DNA of 24,000 nucleotides from Bacillota bacterium (GTDB lineage Bacteria; Bacillota; JADQBR01): NCBI GenBank assembly GCA_016278515.1, contig JADQBR010000112.1, positions 1 to 24,000 of the forward strand, read 5' to 3'. Shown piece by piece: positions 21,513 to 24,000 of this stretch (position 1 is its first letter; each line of letters starts with the position of its first letter). The notes under the pieces were generated by a model. It saw only the letters and a program-made list of their open reading frames with translations, ran no database searches and was not told where the DNA came from. The position numbers and the translations under genes were made by a program.

Positions 21513-22262
21513 TTATAAATTCAGCAACTCTTTTAACTTATTAATATGCTTTCTACTAACAGGGATCGGTTCTTCGGAATTATCCATTTTTACTTGATAG
21601 GTATTATGAAACCAAGGGATCACTTCTCTTATTTTGTTCAGATTAATAATGTAGCTTCGGTGCACTCTAAAAAAAGATTTTCTTCCCAATTGTTGCTCCA
21701 ATTCACTCAGATTGGAGTTACATGAATAATAGTCATCTTTTGTATGAATTATTGTATTCTTTCCTTGGGTTTCAATGTACGTTATGTCTTCTGTTGAGAT
21801 GATGTATATTTTTTCGTTTTTGTTTACCGGGATGCGTTGAATCTTATCTTCTTTCGCTTCTGCCTGCAGCATAGCAATAACTTTTTTTACTTGATTTTCG
21901 TTTCCCTGCTGCATAAAACGGGTTAGTGAGCTGCTCAGGCGTTTTTCCGTCACCGGTTTCAATAAATAATCGACGGCATTTATTTCAAAGGCTTTAACGG
22001 CATATTCATCATAAGCGGTAACAAAAATAATTTTAGGAGGAAAAGGCAGTTGAATGAGTTCTCTTGCAACAGAAAAGCCGTCCATATCCGGCATTTTTAT
22101 ATCCAGTAATACCAAGTCAGGATTGTATTCCATAACTTTCTTAATAGTTTCTGCGCCGTTAGCAGCTTCACCGACAACTTCAAAATTTTTAAATTTATCT
22201 ATTGAATATACCAACTCTTCTCGCGCAGGTTTTTCGTCATCAACTACAAGGACTTTATACAT
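21513..22262 (-). CDS. lytT: LytTR-family response regulator (LytT/LytR/BtsR-like)
   Basis: Receiver domain (MYKVLVVDDE...VLLDIKMPDMDG...TAYDEYAVKAF) plus a C-terminal LytTR DNA-binding domain (...FFRVHRSYIINLNKI...). The start is 1 nt after the lytS stop. Confidence 0.9.
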   Translation of the reverse strand: MYKVLVVDDEKPAREELVYSIDKFKNFEVVGEAANGAETIKKVMEYNPDLVLLDIKMPDMDGFSVARELIQLPFPPKIIFVTAYDEYAVKAFEINAVDYLLKPVTEKRLSSSLTRFMQQGNENQVKKVIAMLQAEAKEDKIQRIPVNKNEKIYIISTEDITYIETQGKNTIIHTKDDYYSCNSNLSELEQQLGRKSFFRVHRSYIINLNKIREVIPWFHNTYQVKMDNSEEPIPVSRKHINKLKELLNL

Positions 22263-22263
22263 A

Positions 22264-23949
22264 TTAGTTTACCACCTCTTTTGGTAGTATGACTTCAATG
22301 GTAGTTCCTTTACCCGGTTCACTAAATATGCTAAGACCATACTCCGATCCAAAGTGGGATTTTAGCCGCATATTAACGTTATTTAGACCAATGTGCTTAG
22401 GGTTTTCTTCTTCCATGCATTTCTTAATCTGATCCTGTTCTATGCCGATACCATCATCTTTCACTATAAGTTTTACGTTGCTCATAGTTTTTCTCAGGCT
22501 GATATAAATATTTCCTTCTCCAGATTTGGGATATAATCCGTGTTTAATAGCATTTTCAACAAGAGGCTGCAGGGTGAAGGGTGGAAGTAAAACTTCCTCA
22601 CCTCCCTCAATTTGCCAATGCACCTTAAGCTTACCCTCAAAACGGGCATTCTCTATCGCTAGATAAGATTTCACATGCTGTATTTCCTCCTCTAAATCTA
22701 CCAGGTCGCGTTTGTGCTGCAGGTTTGTCCGAAAGTAATCTGCTAAGTGTGCTAAAAGGTCTCTAGACTTATCCGGATTAGTACGTACCAAGGACCTAAT
22801 AGTGTTTAATGCATTAAACAAGAAATGAGGGTTCACCTGAGCCTGCAGTGCTTTTAATTCGGCTTTACTTAACATCTTAGCCTGATGTTCTGCTTTAGCT
22901 AATTCTAGTTGAGTTGAAAACATCTGTGCCAGCCCTAATGCCAGCTCTATTTCCACAGAACTTATAGCATTTTGGCTGGTTTGATAAATTTTTAAGGTAC
23001 CTATAATTTTTTCTTTTTCCTTTAGCGGAACAATCACGGCAGATTCAAGTTGACATGTTTCATTACTGCAGTTAATAAATTTTTTATTTTGAGCTACAAA
23101 ATAATGACCAGTTGTAATAACTTTATTGGTCCCACCCGTTAGATAGGACTGCCCGGGTTTATGGTGATCCTCACCGACTCCCACATGCGCTAATATTTTA
23201 TCTTTATAGGTAATGGCAACTGCCGCAGCGTCAATATATTTATATATAATCTTGACCGTTTCATATGCCGTTTGTTCGTTAAGCCCTTTTCTTAAAATGG
23301 GTAATGTCTTATCTGCGATAGTGAGAGACAGTTGGGCCTGGTAAGCACCGATACGGGCTTTTTCCAAAAATATATTTTCAATGATTGCCATCATAACAGC
23401 TGCACCTAGACTATTGACCAAAACCATTGGTATCCATATGATTTTTACTAACACTAATGCTTCGGTGAACGGTTTAGCAATAATTAATATCATTAACATC
23501 TGGATTAACTCTGCCCCTACACATATTACAAAAGTAGGCAGCCACTTATTTCTTTTTTGCAGAATGTATAAATGAAGTGAACCACCGATAATGCCTTCAA
23601 TAAATGTGGAAACAGCACAAGCTAGTGCTGTAAATCCATGAATATCTATGGCCCATCGATGAAAACCGGCGATAAATCCTGCGCCTATTCCTACTACAGG
23701 ACCTCCAAGTAAACCGCCAATTAATACCCCTATAACTCGTGAATTGGCAATTGCTCCGTGAATAGGTATGCCAAAGTAAGTTCCAGATATACCTATCAAA
23801 CCAAAAACAATCATTAGAATTAATTTTTCACTTAAACGAATGTTCTTTTTGATAATTAGCCTTTTAAATGGCTCAAATCTACTTAACAAATAAGCCATAA
23901 CAATGATAATTCCTAATCTACTTAACAGGCTTTCAAAAAGGATTGACAT
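22264..23949 (-). CDS. lytS: LytS/BtsS-type sensor histidine kinase (5TM-LYT, GAF, His_kinase and HATPase domains)
   Basis: N-terminal 5-6 TM LytS-type domain with GxxG-rich helices. Central GAF-like region. Kinase motif LKALQAQVNPHFLFNALNTI and ATPase motif LQPLVENAIKHG...DDGIGI...GLNNV. Confidence 0.9.
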   Translation of the reverse strand: MSILFESLLSRLGIIIVMAYLLSRFEPFKRLIIKKNIRLSEKLILMIVFGLIGISGTYFGIPIHGAIANSRVIGVLIGGLLGGPVVGIGAGFIAGFHRWAIDIHGFTALACAVSTFIEGIIGGSLHLYILQKRNKWLPTFVICVGAELIQMLMILIIAKPFTEALVLVKIIWIPMVLVNSLGAAVMMAIIENIFLEKARIGAYQAQLSLTIADKTLPILRKGLNEQTAYETVKIIYKYIDAAAVAITYKDKILAHVGVGEDHHKPGQSYLTGGTNKVITTGHYFVAQNKKFINCSNETCQLESAVIVPLKEKEKIIGTLKIYQTSQNAISSVEIELALGLAQMFSTQLELAKAEHQAKMLSKAELKALQAQVNPHFLFNALNTIRSLVRTNPDKSRDLLAHLADYFRTNLQHKRDLVDLEEEIQHVKSYLAIENARFEGKLKVHWQIEGGEEVLLPPFTLQPLVENAIKHGLYPKSGEGNIYISLRKTMSNVKLIVKDDGIGIEQDQIKKCMEEENPKHIGLNNVNMRLKSHFGSEYGLSIFSEPGKGTTIEVILPKEVVN

Positions 23950-24000
23950 ATTACTCCCCCCTTCAAAAAGATAATAACATAAATTATATATTAGGCGAAA

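Noticed and set aside
22054-23575. Plus-strand ORFs 22054..22287 and 23381..23575
   Set aside because: They are antisense within lytT and lytS.
1-24000. CRISPR arrays, tRNA and rRNA genes
   Set aside because: Scanning the intergenic stretches showed no regularly spaced 25-40 bp repeats and no cloverleaf-like or rRNA-like conserved segments.

Overview
This is a low-GC, Firmicutes-type chromosomal segment. The gene content (prkA-yhbH, a Spo0E-like gene, an agr-like module, LytST) suggests a spore-forming Clostridia/Bacilli-like organism.

Order of content, left to right:
(1) An agr-like quorum-sensing module on the minus strand: an AgrB peptidase plus an AgrC-like kinase that is split at an A6 tract. 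No agrA is visible, and any agrD would run off the left edge.
(2) About 1.7 kb with no intact ORF. It holds a heavily decayed small tyrosine-recombinase gene, a frameshifted DDE-transposase remnant and LytTR-style phased direct repeats.
(3) A WapA/Rhs-type secreted YD-repeat polymorphic toxin locus. The roughly 1,367-codon rhs frame is broken by one frameshift and one in-frame TGA. It ends in an unrecognised Gly-rich C-terminal domain and is followed by a 2-TM candidate immunity gene. Next comes a secreted protein made of a short YD stub plus four tandem Ig-like domains.
(4) An orphan ParA/MinD-like protein with a lysine-less P-loop, behind a GC-rich structured leader.
(5) A RelE/ParE plus AbrB-type toxin-antitoxin pair.
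(6) yhbH with a 5'-truncated prkA, abutting a small ORF and an XRE-HTH remnant.
(7) A small secreted Gly-rich protein, a LysM polysaccharide deacetylase, an IS4-like remnant, hypothetical membrane proteins (one doubly frameshifted) and a Spo0E-like gene.
(8) lytS-lytT followed by a CstA-family transporter gene whose promoter carries 21-bp-phased direct repeats.

No rRNA, tRNA or CRISPR array was found.

The most interesting items are the Rhs C-terminal domain with its immunity candidate, a phased ATTT(T)A-type repeat motif shared by several promoters, the homopolymer-split agrC, and the unusually high density of disrupted genes. All homology statements come from reading the translations by eye. 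Nothing was searched.
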